A DNA stretch of 64,000 nt from the NCBI RefSeq assembly GCF_004010195.1, contig NC_057757.1, forward strand, positions 7,021,402 to 7,085,401. The letters run 5' to 3'. The notes under the pieces are model-generated. The model made no database searches and was not told the origin of the DNA. It saw only the letters and a program-made list of their open reading frames with translations. The stretch comes from Chiloscyllium plagiosum. Lineage: Eukaryota. Numbering within the stretch: position 1 is the first letter of the stretch; every line of letters starts with the position of its first letter. Positions 11,848 through 23,734 of this stretch are shown here, in pieces. A program made the translations under genes and the position numbers.

Positions 11848-12058
11848 GCCGCCATCTTTGTAACTGGCAGAAGCTTCGGACCGATTTCGCTGTCGCCGCC
11901 ATCTTTGCGACTGGCAGAGGCTCCAGCTTAATGCCACTGTCGCCGCCATCTTTGCGACTGGCAGAGTCTCCGGCTTAATTCCACTGTCGCCGCCATTTTT
12001 GCGACAGGCAGAGGCTTCAAACTGATTCCCTCTGTCGCCGCCATTTTTGTGACTGGCT
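11848..12058 (-). promoter_or_regulatory. Five tandem 47-48 bp units, each with a YY1 motif followed by ...GGCA
   Basis: The CCAT core of CGCCAT(C/T)TTTG begins at 11852, 11899, 11946, 11993 and 12041. Confidence 0.75.
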
Positions 12059-12668
12059 CAGGGATAAGATCTGTGGCTGTCCAGAGAAGGATATTTGGTA
12101 TAGCCCTTCACAGCCTAACTGCTTTAACACTACCCCTCCCCCCCCCAAAAAACACCTTTCAAAATTAAATCTTTTATACCCCACTCACTCACCCCTAAAA
12201 AATACCTTTCAAAATTAAATCTTTTATACCCCACTCAGTCAATTTAACTGAATTGTCCCACTACTGAAAAGACTAACTAAAATTTAACCAAGTTAAAAAT
12301 CACACAACACCAGGTTATAGTCCAGCAGGTTTATTTGGAAGTACGAGCTTTCGGAGTGCTGCTCCTTTATTAGGTGATCCTGGAAGTTAAGATCATGCTC
12401 ACAGAATGTAACAGTCATCTGTCTGTCTAATGAGAGAGTAGGACTATGGCAATTCATCTTTTAAATGTCCTCACCCACTGGGTGAAAACGATTTTCCTCA
12501 GATCCCCTCAAATTCTTCTGCTTGTTACCTTTAAACTGTGTCCCCCGATTATTGAACCCCTTACTCGAGGTTTCTCCCTATCCAATCGGTCTTGTCCCCT
12601 CATAATTTTGTACACTTCATTTAGATCCTTCCTCAGCCTTCTCTACTAGGGAATAAAAAGCATTCTGT

Positions 12669-12960
12669 CGGCGCAGTGGCTCAGTGGTTAGTACTGCTGC
12701 CTCACAGTGCCAGGGACCTGGCTTCAGGCGAATGTCTGCATGGAGCTTGCACATTCTCCCCATGTCTGCATGGTGTGCAGGTTAGGGTGAATTGGCCATG
12801 CTAAGTTGCCCATAGTATCAGGGGTGTGTAGGACATTCTTCAGGGATAAATGTAGAGTAGTAGGGCAGGGGAATGGGTCTGGGTGGGTTCTCTCCAGAAG
12901 GTCGATGTGAACTTGTTGGGCCAAATGGACTGTTTCCGCACTGTGGGGATTCTATGATTC
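12669..12960 (+). mobile_element. HE1/V-SINE-like tRNA-derived SINE
   Basis: tggctcagtggttag A-box head, gcacattctcccc V-domain-like core, CR1-like tail. Further copies at about 11500-11650(-), 16895-17215, 29670-30050(-), 35140-35440(-), 45410-45725(-), 46285-46590, 53460-53700(-), 55165-55470, 59850-60250 and 62505-62800. Confidence 0.8.
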
Positions 12961-13164
12961 ATAGCTGAATTGCTCCATCCCACGCAACTTCCTGGTGAAT
13001 CTCCTCAGCACCTTCTCTAAAGCAGTCACAGATTTCCCATACCATGGAGACCAGAACTGCCACAGTACTCCAGCTGTGACCTAACTGACATTCGTGACCA
13101 GTTCCTTCATAACCTCCTTGCTCTTGTATTCAATGCTTTGAATATTGAAAGCAAGCACAGTCAG

Positions 13165-13453
13165 AGAGTTTTGAGAAGATTTGTAGCTCAGGTTGAGGTT
13201 CTGGATGTAGGTTTGCTCGCTGAGCTGAAGGATTCATTTTCAGATGTTTCCTCACCATACTAGGTAACATCTTCAGTGAGCCTCCGGACGAAGCACTGTT
13301 GATGATTTCTGCTTTCTATTCATAGAATACAAATAAATAGAAAGCAGGAATCATCAGCAGTGTTTCGTCTGGAGGCTCACTGAAGTTGTTACCTAGTAGG
13401 GTGACAAAACGTCTGAAAATGAACCTTCCAGCTCAGTGAGCAAACCTACATCC
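13165..13453. mobile_element. Penelope-type (family 3) fold-back insertion
   Basis: About 120-bp inverted arms (13201-13320 and 13336-13455); TSD agcaag(c/t)acagtcag at 13150-13164 and 13454-13468; CTGAAG..GAAAC.TC cores. Confidence 0.75.
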
Positions 13454-13461
13454 AGCAAGTA

Positions 13462-13679
13462 CAGTCAGTTCTGCTATAACACGGTAGTTCCGTTCTCATG
13501 CAATCCTGTGTTATAAGAAAGTCGCATAACAGCAGCACTATTTAAACTAATGAGGCCAGAATTGTGTTATAACCAACACACGCTTTAAAACGTCGTGATT
13601 TAGAAACAATGTCCTCAATTCATCAGTTGTGTTATAGCGAATTCTCTTAATGCAAGGTGCATTATCGCAGAACGACCTG
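13462..13679. mobile_element. Tc1/mariner (Tigger-like) MITE
   Basis: TA flanks at 13460-61 and 13680-81; imperfect TIRs cagtcagttctgctataa and (reverse complement) caggtcgttctgcgataa. Confidence 0.75.
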
Positions 13680-13697
13680 TATCCCATATATCTCCAT

Positions 13698-14340
13698 AGT
13701 TAAAAATCACACAACACCAGGCTATAGTCTAACAGGTTTATTTGGAAGCTCTAGCTTTCGGAGTGCTGCTCCTTCATCAGGTGATTGTGGAGAATAAGAT
13801 TGTAAGACACAGAACTAATAGCAAAAATTTCCAGTGTGATGTAACTAAAATTATATATTGAAAAAGAACCAATTGTTTGTTAAGCAATTCTTCTTTTAAA
13901 ATGAGATTCTGGATTAGAGTGGTGCTGGAAAAGCACAGCAGTTCAGGCAGCATCTGAGGAGCAGGAAAATAGATGTTTCGGGCAAAAGCCCTTCATCAGG
14001 AATAGAGGCAGAGTATTACAGGGATAGAGTACAACAGGTGAGTGGGGGAGGGGATGAAGGTGATAGGTCAGGGAGGAGGGTGGAGTGGATAGGTGGAAAG
14101 GAAGATAGGCAGGTAGGACAAGTCATGGGGACAGTGCTGAGCTGGAAGTTTGGAACTAGGGTGAGGTGGGGGAAGGGGAAATGAGGAAACTGGTGAATTC
14201 TAGATTAGAATGACCATATTGGTATCAGTTGTTTCATACTTAAATCGCAAAACTTTTTTTAAAAAAGTTACATTCTCAAGTGCACTTTAACAATTGTTTA
14301 CTTTAACAATTAACAATAACACTTTAACAATTAACACTTT
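13698..14340 (-). mobile_element. Penelope family-2 pseudo-LTR interrupted by a family-1 pseudo-LTR (about 13900-14200)
   Basis: Homology to 8047-8330 resumes after 14200; hammerhead cores at 13752-13780 and 13972-13999 on the - strand. Confidence 0.75.
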
Positions 14341-14392
14341 AACACCAATTGCTAACACCAAATGTGGCACAGACAACTTAAAACTGAATGGC

Positions 14393-14682
14393 CACCCTGG
14401 GTGCTGGGGGAAAAAATAAGCACTACCACACTTAGGTGGTAGTGTGGGGGTTAAATTATAAAAAAAAGGGGAGTTTTTAGTCCCTACATCCCCTTCACTG
14501 TTTTGATCACCCAGCACTGCCCTTTGATGTGAAGGGCAGTGTTTGTCACTGGCCACCCGGGTGTTTTCCTATCTTCCTGGTGGTGGAATTTGAATAAAGA
14601 TTTGTGCACTTTGTGTCTTTCACTGTGTCTCACACCTGCACACACACACACCATGGGAAATTTAAAAAAAAAAGAAAAAAAA
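14393..14682 (+). mobile_element. Short retroposed element with A-rich tail and 14-bp TSD
   Basis: taaaactgaatggc at 14379-14392 and 14683-14696; internal AATAAA; terminal A-run. Confidence 0.75.
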
Positions 14683-14838
14683 TAAAACTGAATGGCAGAG
14701 CTCCTGCAATCACCTCCCTTGCCCCTCACTGCAGTGTGGGGTACATCATTTTTTTGCATATTCACTTGTGCGATGTGGGCGTCACTGGCTGGGCCCAACA
14801 TTGATTGTCCGTCCCTAGTTGCCCTTGAGATGGTGGTG

Positions 14839-15039
14839 CTGAAAATGTGTTGCTGGAAAAGCGCAGCAGGTCAGGCAGCATCCAGGGAACAGGAAAATCG
14901 ACGTTTCGGGCATAAGCCCTTCTTCAGGAATCGTCCGAAACGTCGATTCTCCTGCTCCTTGGATGCTGCCTGACCTGCTGCGCTTTTCCAGCAACACATT
15001 TTCAGCTCTGATCTCCAGCATCTGCAGCCCTCACTTTCT
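14839..15039. mobile_element. Penelope family-1 fold-back pseudo-LTR insertion
   Basis: 15-bp TSD cttgagatggtggtg at 14824-14838 and 15040-15054; near-perfect inverted arms; hammerhead core at 14900-14927 on the - strand. Confidence 0.85.
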
Positions 15040-15744
15040 CTTGAGATGGTGGTGGTGAGCTACCTTCTTGAACCGCTGCAGCCCCCAGGATTCTGACCCA
15101 GCGACAGTGAAAGAACGACTGACATATTTCCAAGACAGGATGGTGAGTGGCTCGGAGTGGGGTTGCAGGGGATGGTGTTCCCATGTATCTGCTGCCCTTG
15201 TCCTTCTAGATGGAAGTGGTCATGGGTTTAGAAGGTGCTGTCTGAGGATCTTTGGTGAATTATCTCATCAGGGTATTTACCTGGGTACTTATCCACATTC
15301 AAGCCTGCTAAAGCTGCTAACACCTCATCATTCCTAATGCCAAATCATTTGAGTATATCAGAGTACCTGGCCCTGATTTCCATATCTACTTTCTGTACAG
15401 TGAACACAGATGCATTGTACTCACTTGAGTCCTCAATTACGTCTTCCAGTTTCACACAGAGATTGCCACTTTGGTTCCTAAGAGGGCCTTTCTCTTTAAT
15501 AAAACAAAGAACTGCGGATGTTGAAGATCTGAAACAAACAGAAACAGAAATTGCTGGAGAAATTCACCAGGTCTGGCAGCATCTGTGGAGGGAAAAACAG
15601 AGTTAACGTTTCGCGTCCAGTGGCCCATCTGTTCCTGGTTATTCCCCAAATATACTGATAAAATGTCTTTGGATTTTCATTAATATCAGCAAACAGTGTT
15701 TTCTTCAACGTCCCTTCTTTTCTCTCCTAATTTCTTTTCATCCT

Positions 15745-16270
15745 TCTGGTCAGCACATTACAGGAATGATGTGGAGCCTTTGGGGAGGGTGCAGAAGAGG
15801 TTTACCAGGATGCTGCCTGGATTAGAGGGTATGAGCTATAAGGAGAAGCAAGAGAAACTAAGGTTGTTTTCTCTGGAGAGGCGGAGGCTGAGGGGAGACT
15901 TTATAGAAGTCTATAAACTTCTGAGATTCATAGATAGGGTTGACGGTCAGAATATTTTTTTTCCCCAGAGTTGAAATGTGTAAAACTCGGGGGCATGCAT
16001 TAAGGGGAGAGGGGGAAAAATGCAAAGGAAATGTGAGGGGAAAATCTTTGTACTCAGAGAGTGGCGGGAGTCTGGAAGGTGCTGTCAGGGATGGTGGTGG
16101 AGGTAGATATGATAGAGATGTTTAAGGGGCTTTCAGGTAAGCACATGGGTATGCAACAAACGGAGTGATATGGACAAAGGGCAGGCAGAAGAGATTAGTC
16201 TAATTTGGTGTTATGTTCGGTACAACATTGTGGGCCGAAGGGCCTGTCGCTGTAATGTTGTATGTTCTTA
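15745..16270 (+). mobile_element. CR1 LINE 3' fragment
   Basis: RVQKRFTRMLPGL...FSLERRRLRGD motifs. Confidence 0.85.
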
Positions 16271-17889
16271 CTCCAGCATTTTCCATACTCCTCTGGGGCA
16301 TCTGCTGTTTTGAGCCTTCAGTGTCTAGTATAAGATTCCTTTCTTTTCTTATCAGATCCTGTAAGTCCCTTGACACGCAGGGTTCTCCACACTTAGGAAG
16401 GCACCCTTTAGCATTATTGAAATATGTTGGTCGTTCATTCTCACTACTCCCCTTTATAGTGTCTTCCAGTGCTCCAAGGTGGATTTTCCTACAAGTACCT
16501 ACTCCCAGTTCCACTTTGGTGTGACCGTATTAAAATTGGCTTCCCCACAATTCAGAACTCTTATTTCTGGTCCATCTTTGTCATTATCCATAATTCCCTC
16601 AAATCTCACTGAATTGTGGTCACCATCACCAAAATGCTAACATAGAGCAAAGACCGAAGGGCCTGTTTCCACACTGTAGGGAATCTAATCTAATCTAAAA
16701 ATGCAGATCTGAAATAAAAAAATAGAAATTGCCAGAGAAACTCAGCAGGTTACATTACATTACATTACATTACATTACAGTGTGGAAACAGGCCCTTCGG
16801 CCCAACAAGTCCACACCGACCCGTCGAAGCGGTCCGGTCGGTCTAGCACCAAAATGTTGTCCCCACTAACATATCTATCACTTGCCCGACTTCATTTGGG
16901 GGAGGCACGGTGGCTTAGTAGTTAGCTACCTCACAGCAGCAGTTTGATTCCGCCCTCGGTCCACATGGGGTTTGTATGTTCTTCCCCTACAGTGTTTGCA
17001 TTGTTTCCTCCAGGTGCTGCAGTTTCCTCCCATAGTCCAAAGATGCGCAGGCTAGGGTGGATTGGCCATGTTAAATTGCCCCGTACTGTCCAGGGATGTG
17101 CAGGCTAGGTGTGTTAGCTATGCCAGTGTAGGGTAATAGGATATGGGGTTGGATGCTGTTCAGAAGGGCGATGTGGACTAGATGGAACGAATGGCCTGCT
17201 TCCACATTATAGGAAATCCCAAAAATAGGTTCAGCCCCACCCCCCTCTCATAGGACTTCCTACGTGCTGACTTGAAAAACTCTTCCAGACACATTTTAAG
17301 AATTCTCCCTCTGAGCCTTTCACATTTTGTCTGTCTCAGTAAATCTTGGGGAAGTTGAAATCCTTAATATTATAATGCTATTATTTTCTCACTTCTCTGA
17401 GGCAAGCTATATTATTCAGCTGAACAGGTTATTTAAGGTCTGATCAAAATGAATACAAAAAGAAACACATGTTTTGATAAAAAGCAAATTAATTAGCTTA
17501 ATCTAATTTGGCTCCAGTAAATGTTTTATTAACCAGCACCCATGGGACCAGGGGTGTGCCATTGACTGAATATTCCAGACAATCAACGGGTCCACATAAT
17601 CTATGTAAAAGCACACTCTAAGTAACAGGAACGTAATGCATATGTCTCATTGCTAAACATTAATTACAGAATAAATTGCTTAAATAATAGTGCAACTTTG
17701 CCTGAAATAAAACTTACCATTAGAGGGCCTTCTCACACAACTGACTACTTGGACATTGTGATAAATAGATCATGAGACTTAAGGAGGCCTTGACTCAAAG
17801 TTGAATGCATTTAATATTCTGTGTGCCCATTCGATTGAACAAGAGGTGTATTTACATTGATTATGTTAGAAAACTACAATAATTTGGAC

Positions 17890-18400
17890 AGAATAGGAGT
17901 TGGGAAGTCATGTTGAGCTTATACGGGACATTGGTGAGGCCTCTTCTGGAATACTGTGTCCAGTTCTGGTTGCCCAGTTATAGAAAGGATATTATTGAGG
18001 GTTCAGAAGACATTTACCAGGAATGGAAGGTTTGAGTTATAAAGAATGACTGGATAGGCTGGGACTCTTTTTTTTGCTAGAGCATAGGGGGTTGAGAGGT
18101 GACCTGTTGGAGTTTATAAAATCATGAGGGGTATAGATAGCATTAATGGTCTTTTCCCCAGGATGCGGATTTCAAGAATAAGGGGCACATTTTTAAGGTG
18201 AGAGATGTAAAAAAGGACATGGGGGCACAGAGGGTGGTTCCTGCAGAAGTGGTGGATGCGGTTATAGTTACAATGTTTAAAAGACATTTGGATAAGTACA
18301 TGAATAGGAGAGGTTTGGAGGGGTACGGGTGGGACTAGTTTAGTTTGGGATTATGTTCAGCATGGACTGGTCTGTTTCTGTGCTGGATGACTCTACGGCT
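17890..18400 (+). mobile_element. CR1 LINE 3' fragment
   Basis: Similar to the other CR1 3' ends in the window. Confidence 0.8.
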
Positions 18401-19614
18401 CTAAAAGTACAGTAAACTTTGTGGTATTTGATGCATATAATTTTTGCCTGTTTATCTAAGCTGCTGGTTAAAATAAAGAATGCTGGATATGCAAACTAAC
18501 AAGTGAATCTATTAGCTTAAAACTACTTTAGACATTTTCAACAAGTGAGTCTCATTGCCCTCTGCCCTCTCTAGGGTGACAGCTAGCACTCAGAGCTCAA
18601 TAGAACATAGAACATAGAACAGTACAGCATAGTACAGGCCCTTTGGCCCTCGATGTTGTGCCAGCCTTTCATCCTACTCTAAGATCAGACTAACCTACAT
18701 ACTCTTCATTGTACTAACTTGCATGTGCCTATCCAAGAGTCACTTAAATGTCCCTAATGTATCTGACTCTCTCAGTTTCCATGGCACTGGTCTCACGAAC
18801 CCCAGTCCGATGGTGAAAGGTCCTCCATCTTGAAAGTTTGTCCAAGCTGGGAAAAGTCTCCAGTATTAATGGTGTTCTGAATCTGAGACTACATGCTGTA
18901 TTGCCATGCGGAGTACTTTTCCCCTGTGCTAGTCACAAACAAGTCCAGGTGTTGCTGCAAAATAGACTGTTCTCAAGCCAATTCAAGGTTGTTGCCAGCC
19001 ATAACAGGCTTTTATATTAAGCCTGTTTTTCACATATTTTCCTTCCATTGCTTGTTGCCATGTCCAATTAACGCTCAATGATCTGGTTTGGAGATACCGT
19101 TTTTGAGTCTAACACGACATCTGTCTTTTGTTCCCTCCCTGACTGTTTGGGGGACTACAGTGCACCCTCAACAATGTGATTTCCCCCTTTTTGTTTTCAA
19201 ACTCTACCCATAATGGCCTCATTTGAGGAACCTTCAAAGATATCACCCTTTCTTCCTGCAGCCATTGTTTCTGTCATCAATATTGTGTCCCCACTTCCTT
19301 TTACAGCCCCTCCTTTCCTGCCTGGAGTTTTTAATACCCCAGAATATTGAGCTACAAGTCTTGTATCTCCCTCAAACAAGTCTCTGTGATGGCATTTATG
19401 TCACATCACTATGCATTAACTAATGCCCTCAATTAATCTGCTTCACTTGCAGGACACCACACATTAAAATAAATGCTACCAATCCTTAACATGCTTGCCC
19501 CATACTTTAACTTCACTGTTTTCACACTGTATCCCAGATGGACTTGGTCCTTCTTTGATTCTTGTCTGTGCAATCGCCCCTACTGCACCTCAAAACTCTG
19601 ATACCCAGGTCTCA

Positions 19615-20610
19615 GAGTAGCCTTCTACAACTGGATCCCCAGCTCCCTGACCGACAGACCACAATCAGTGAAGACAGACAATAGCACCTCCTCCTCAATA
19701 ACCCTCAAAACTAGATCCCTTAAGGATGCGTTCTCAGCTTCCTACTGTACTCCTTGTACACCCACGACTGTGTAGCCAAGTTCTGAATGAACGCCATCTA
19801 CAAGTTTAGTGATGACACCACCATGGTAGATCGGCTATCAAACAATGATGAGTCAGAATACAGGAGGAAGATAGCGGGCTTGCTTGGTGTCATGGTGCAA
19901 TAATAACAACCTCTCTCAATGTTGGGAAAACAAAAGAACTGATCATTCACTTCAGGAAGAAAGGAGGAGGACACACCCCTATTGACATGGAGGTGGAGAG
20001 GATCGAAAGCATCAAGTTTCTAGGAATGACAATAACTGACAATCTGTCCTGGACCTCCCATGGAGATACGACAATCGAGAAGGCACAACGCCTCTTCTTC
20101 CTCAGGCTGCTCGGGAAATTCGACATGTCCATAAGGACCCTCACCAGCTTTTACATATGTTCCATTTCTTGCAGGTGCATAATGGTCTGGTACAGCAACT
20201 GCTCTGCCCAGGACCGTGAGAAACTACAGAAGGTGGTGTGCACAGCCCAGACCATCACAGAAGCCAGCCTCCCATCCACAGACTCCATTTACACCTCTCG
20301 TTGCTGTGGAACATCAAAGACCCCTCCCCCACCCTGTTCCATCAGGCTGAAGATACAGACATTTGAACAACAAGTTCAAGAACAGCTCCTTTCCTGCTGT
20401 TATTAGACTGCTGAATGGACTCACTAATTTCAAATAATGCTGATCTTGCTTGGCACACCTCCTGTGCAGCGTAACCTGTTTGCCTCACTCTGTCTAAGTA
20501 CCCTATGATCTGTACATCTTTGTAGGCTATGATCTGCCTGTACTGCTAACAAAACAAAGGTTTTCACTGTACCTAGGTACGTGTAACAACTATAAATCAA
20601 ATCAAATCAA
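19615..20610 (+). mobile_element. Rex1/Babar-like non-LTR retrotransposon, 5'-truncated and decayed
   Basis: RT remnants GCVLS.LLYSLYTHDC, IYKFSDDTT, KFLG.TITDNLSW, KAQ.RLFFLR; (atcaa)n tail. Confidence 0.75.
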
Positions 20611-20880
20611 ACTTACTTGCCAAATTAATTGAAGCCAGCACCAATCACACTAGCAACGCTCCCCTTCCCCCTCACAACCATTTTGATCCTATTCTGGTTC
20701 AGGACTTGCACAGGTCCCAGCTTCCTCTGAAATGAACCCAGTGATCCAAAAATCTCAAGCCCTCCCTCATTCTCCAGCACACTTGTCTGGGGTTCCATCC
20801 AGAAACATTCCCAAAATGTGAGGGTGGTGTGGAACTTTAAAAGAACATCAAATCATTGATGGAATGGATGCAAAATAGCT

Positions 20881-21206
20881 GTGTAATCCCACCATCAACT
20901 ATGTACCCACCCCTATGCCAGTGTAGTTCCACCACTGCCCATTGTACCAGTCCCAATGCGCACTGTAATCCACCATCGTCCATTGTACGCAGCCCAATGC
21001 CTACTCTAATCCCGCCATTGTCTATTGTACAGCCCAATGCCCACTGTAGTCCCACTATCACTCATTGCAACCATCCCAATGCCCACTGTAATCCTACCAT
21101 CGCTCATTGTACCCGTCCCAATGCCCACTGTAGTCCCACCATTGCCTATTGTACACAGCCTAATGCCCACTGTAATCCCACCATTGCCCATTGTACCCGT
21201 CCCAAT
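20881..21206. repeat. 42-bp minisatellite (cccaatgcccactgtaatcccaccattgcccattgtac...), resuming at about 23491-23740
   Basis: Direct reading; 14-aa periodicity in the overlapping ORFs. Confidence 0.9.
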
Positions 21207-23490
21207 GGGAGAAAGTGAGGATTACAGGTGCTGGAGATTAGAGTCGAGAGTGTGGTGCTGGAAAAGCACAGCAGGCCAGGCAACATCCAAGAAGCAGGAG
21301 GGTTAACGTTTCGGGCAAAAACCCTTCATGAGGAATGAGGCTGTGAGCCAAGGGGGTGGTGAGATAAATGGGAAAGGTTGGAGCTGGGGAGAAGGTAGCT
21401 GAAAGTGAGTTAGGTAGATAGAGGTGGGGGTAATGGTGATAGGTCAGAGAGGAGGGTCCAGCAGATAGGTGGGAAGGAAGATGGACAGGTAGAACACGTC
21501 ATGAGGGCAGTGCCGAGTTGGAAGGTTGGATCTGGGATAAGACGGGGAAAGGGGAAATGAAAAACTGGTGAAATCCACATCGATGCCATGGGGTTGGAGG
21601 GTCCTGAGGCGGAAGGTGAGGCGTTCTTCCTCCAGGCATCGGGTGGTTAGGGAGTGGCGATGGAGGAGGCCCCAGGACCTGCATTACCTTGGTAGAGTGG
21701 GAGAGGGAGTTGAAATGTTTGGCCACTTGACGTTGGGGTGCGGGTGTCCCAAAAATGTTCTCTGAAGCGCTGTGAGTAGGGGTCCTGTCTCCCCAATGTA
21801 GAGGAGACTGCATTGGGAGCAATGGATACAATAAGTGACATGTGTGGAAGTGCAGGTGAAGCTTTGATGGATGTGAAAGGCTCCTTTGGGGCGTTGGATG
21901 GAGGTGAGGGAGAGGTCTGGGCTCAATTTCTGGGTGCAATTTTGAAAATTCTGCAGTGGCAGGGGAAGGTGCCAGGACGGGAGGGCGGGTTGTTGAGGGG
22001 CATGAACCTGACCAGGTAGTCAAGGAGGAAACGGTCTTTGTGGAATTTGGACAGGGGTGGGGAAGGAAATATATCTCTGGTGGTGGAGTCCATTTGGAGG
22101 TGATGGAAAGGCGGAGTAATTGGGAATAAGGGATAGCATTTTTACAGGAGGCAGGGTGGGGGGAGGTGTAGTCCAGGTAGACGTGGGAGTAGGTGGGTTT
22201 GTAGGAGATGTCAGTGTTAAGTTGGTCACCATTGATGGAGATGGAGAGATCCAAGAAGGGAGGGAGATGTCAGAGATGGTCCAGGTGAATTTAAGGTCGG
22301 GTGGAATATATGGTGAAGTTGATGAACTGCTCAACGTCCTTGTGGGAACATGAGGTGGCGCCAATGCAGTCACCAATGTAGCAGAGGAAAAGATGGGGAG
22401 TGGTGGCGGTGTAACTACGGAAGATGGACTATTCTACGGAGCTGACAAAGACACAGGCATAGCTGGGGCCCATGTGGGTGCCCAAGGCTACCCCTTTCGT
22501 CTGGAGGAAGTTGGAGGATTCAAATGAGAAATTATTGAGGGTGAGGACCAGTTCAGCCAAACGAATGAGAGTGTCTGTGGAAGAGTGCTGGTGGGGATGT
22601 CAGGAAAGGAAGAAACTGAGGGCTTGGAGGCCCTGGTCACGGCAGATGGAGATGTATAGGGACTGGACATCCATGGTGAAGATGAGGTGCTGAGGGCCAG
22701 GGAAACAAAAGTCTTGAAGGAGGTGGTGTCCCATATGTATGTGAGAAGTTCCTGGACGGGGGTGGGGATCTGGAAATAGGACAGTATTGAGGCAGGTGGA
22801 GATGAGTTCAGTGGGGCAGGCGCAGACTTAGACAATAGGTCAGCTGGGTAGTCAGGCTTGTGGATCTTCGGTAGGAGGTAGAATCAGGCGGTGCGGGGTT
22901 CCTGAACTATGAGGTTGGAAGCTGTGGGTGGGAGATCCCCTGAGCTGATGAGGTTGTGTGTAGTCTGGGAGATGATACTTTGGTGATGGGAGGTGAGGTC
23001 AAGGTTAAGGGGGCAGTAGAAGGAGGTATCTTTGAGTTGGCTACTTGCTTCAGTGGTGTAGAGGTCAGTGCGCCAAACTACAACTGCACTCCCCCCGCCC
23101 CACCCGTCTGCTGGTTTGATGGTGAAGTTGGGGTTGGAGCAGAGGGAGTGGAGAACTGCGCGTTGTGAGAGGTTGTAGTGGGTGAAGGGGTGAACAGGTT
23201 GAGGCAGTCAATGTCTCAGTGGCAGTTGGAAATAAAGAGATCGAGGGCGGGTAGTGGGCAGCAGTCTTGATGGGAAAAGTAAGCCTAGAGGCAGAGGCAG
23301 CCGAAGAAGTGTTCAATGTCACAACGCATTTTGAATTTGTTGATCCAGGAACGGAGGGGGATGAAGGTGAGGCCTTTGCAGAGGACTGATCGTTTTTTTC
23401 TCAGTGAGGGGGAGGTCTGTGGGTATGTGAAAACCTGGCAGGGCTGGGAGCTAGGACATAGTGTAGGGCTGGAGCTGGGAGTTGGGGTAG
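21207..23490 (-). mobile_element. Penelope-like retroelement (RT + GIY-YIG), decayed, inserted in the minisatellite
   Basis: LCKGLTFIPL, KGVALGTHMGP, LKFTWTISD, YKPTYSHVYLDY and YCIHCSQCSLLYIGETG remnants in shifting frames; pseudo-LTR at 21207-21500. Confidence 0.9.
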
Positions 23491-23734
23491 CGATTGTACA
23501 TGGTCCAATGCCCACTGTAATCTCACCATCGCCCATTGTACCTGTCCCAATGCCCACTGTGGTCCCAATATTGCCCATTGTACACAGCCCAATGTCCACT
23601 GTAGACCCACCATCCCATTGAACCCGGCCCAACTACCACTCTAACCCCACTAACTCCACCTGGACCATCACCACTGTAATGTCACTCACTGTACCTGGCA
23701 ACCTCCTACTGTAACCTCACTCACTGTACCTGGA

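Noticed and set aside
11848..12058. Repeat-and-spacer pattern as a CRISPR array
   Set aside because: The spacers are homologous to each other, the context is eukaryotic and there are no cas genes; it is a promoter tandem repeat.
20856..21306. HC-rich repetitive ORFs
   Set aside because: They are translations of the 42-bp minisatellite.
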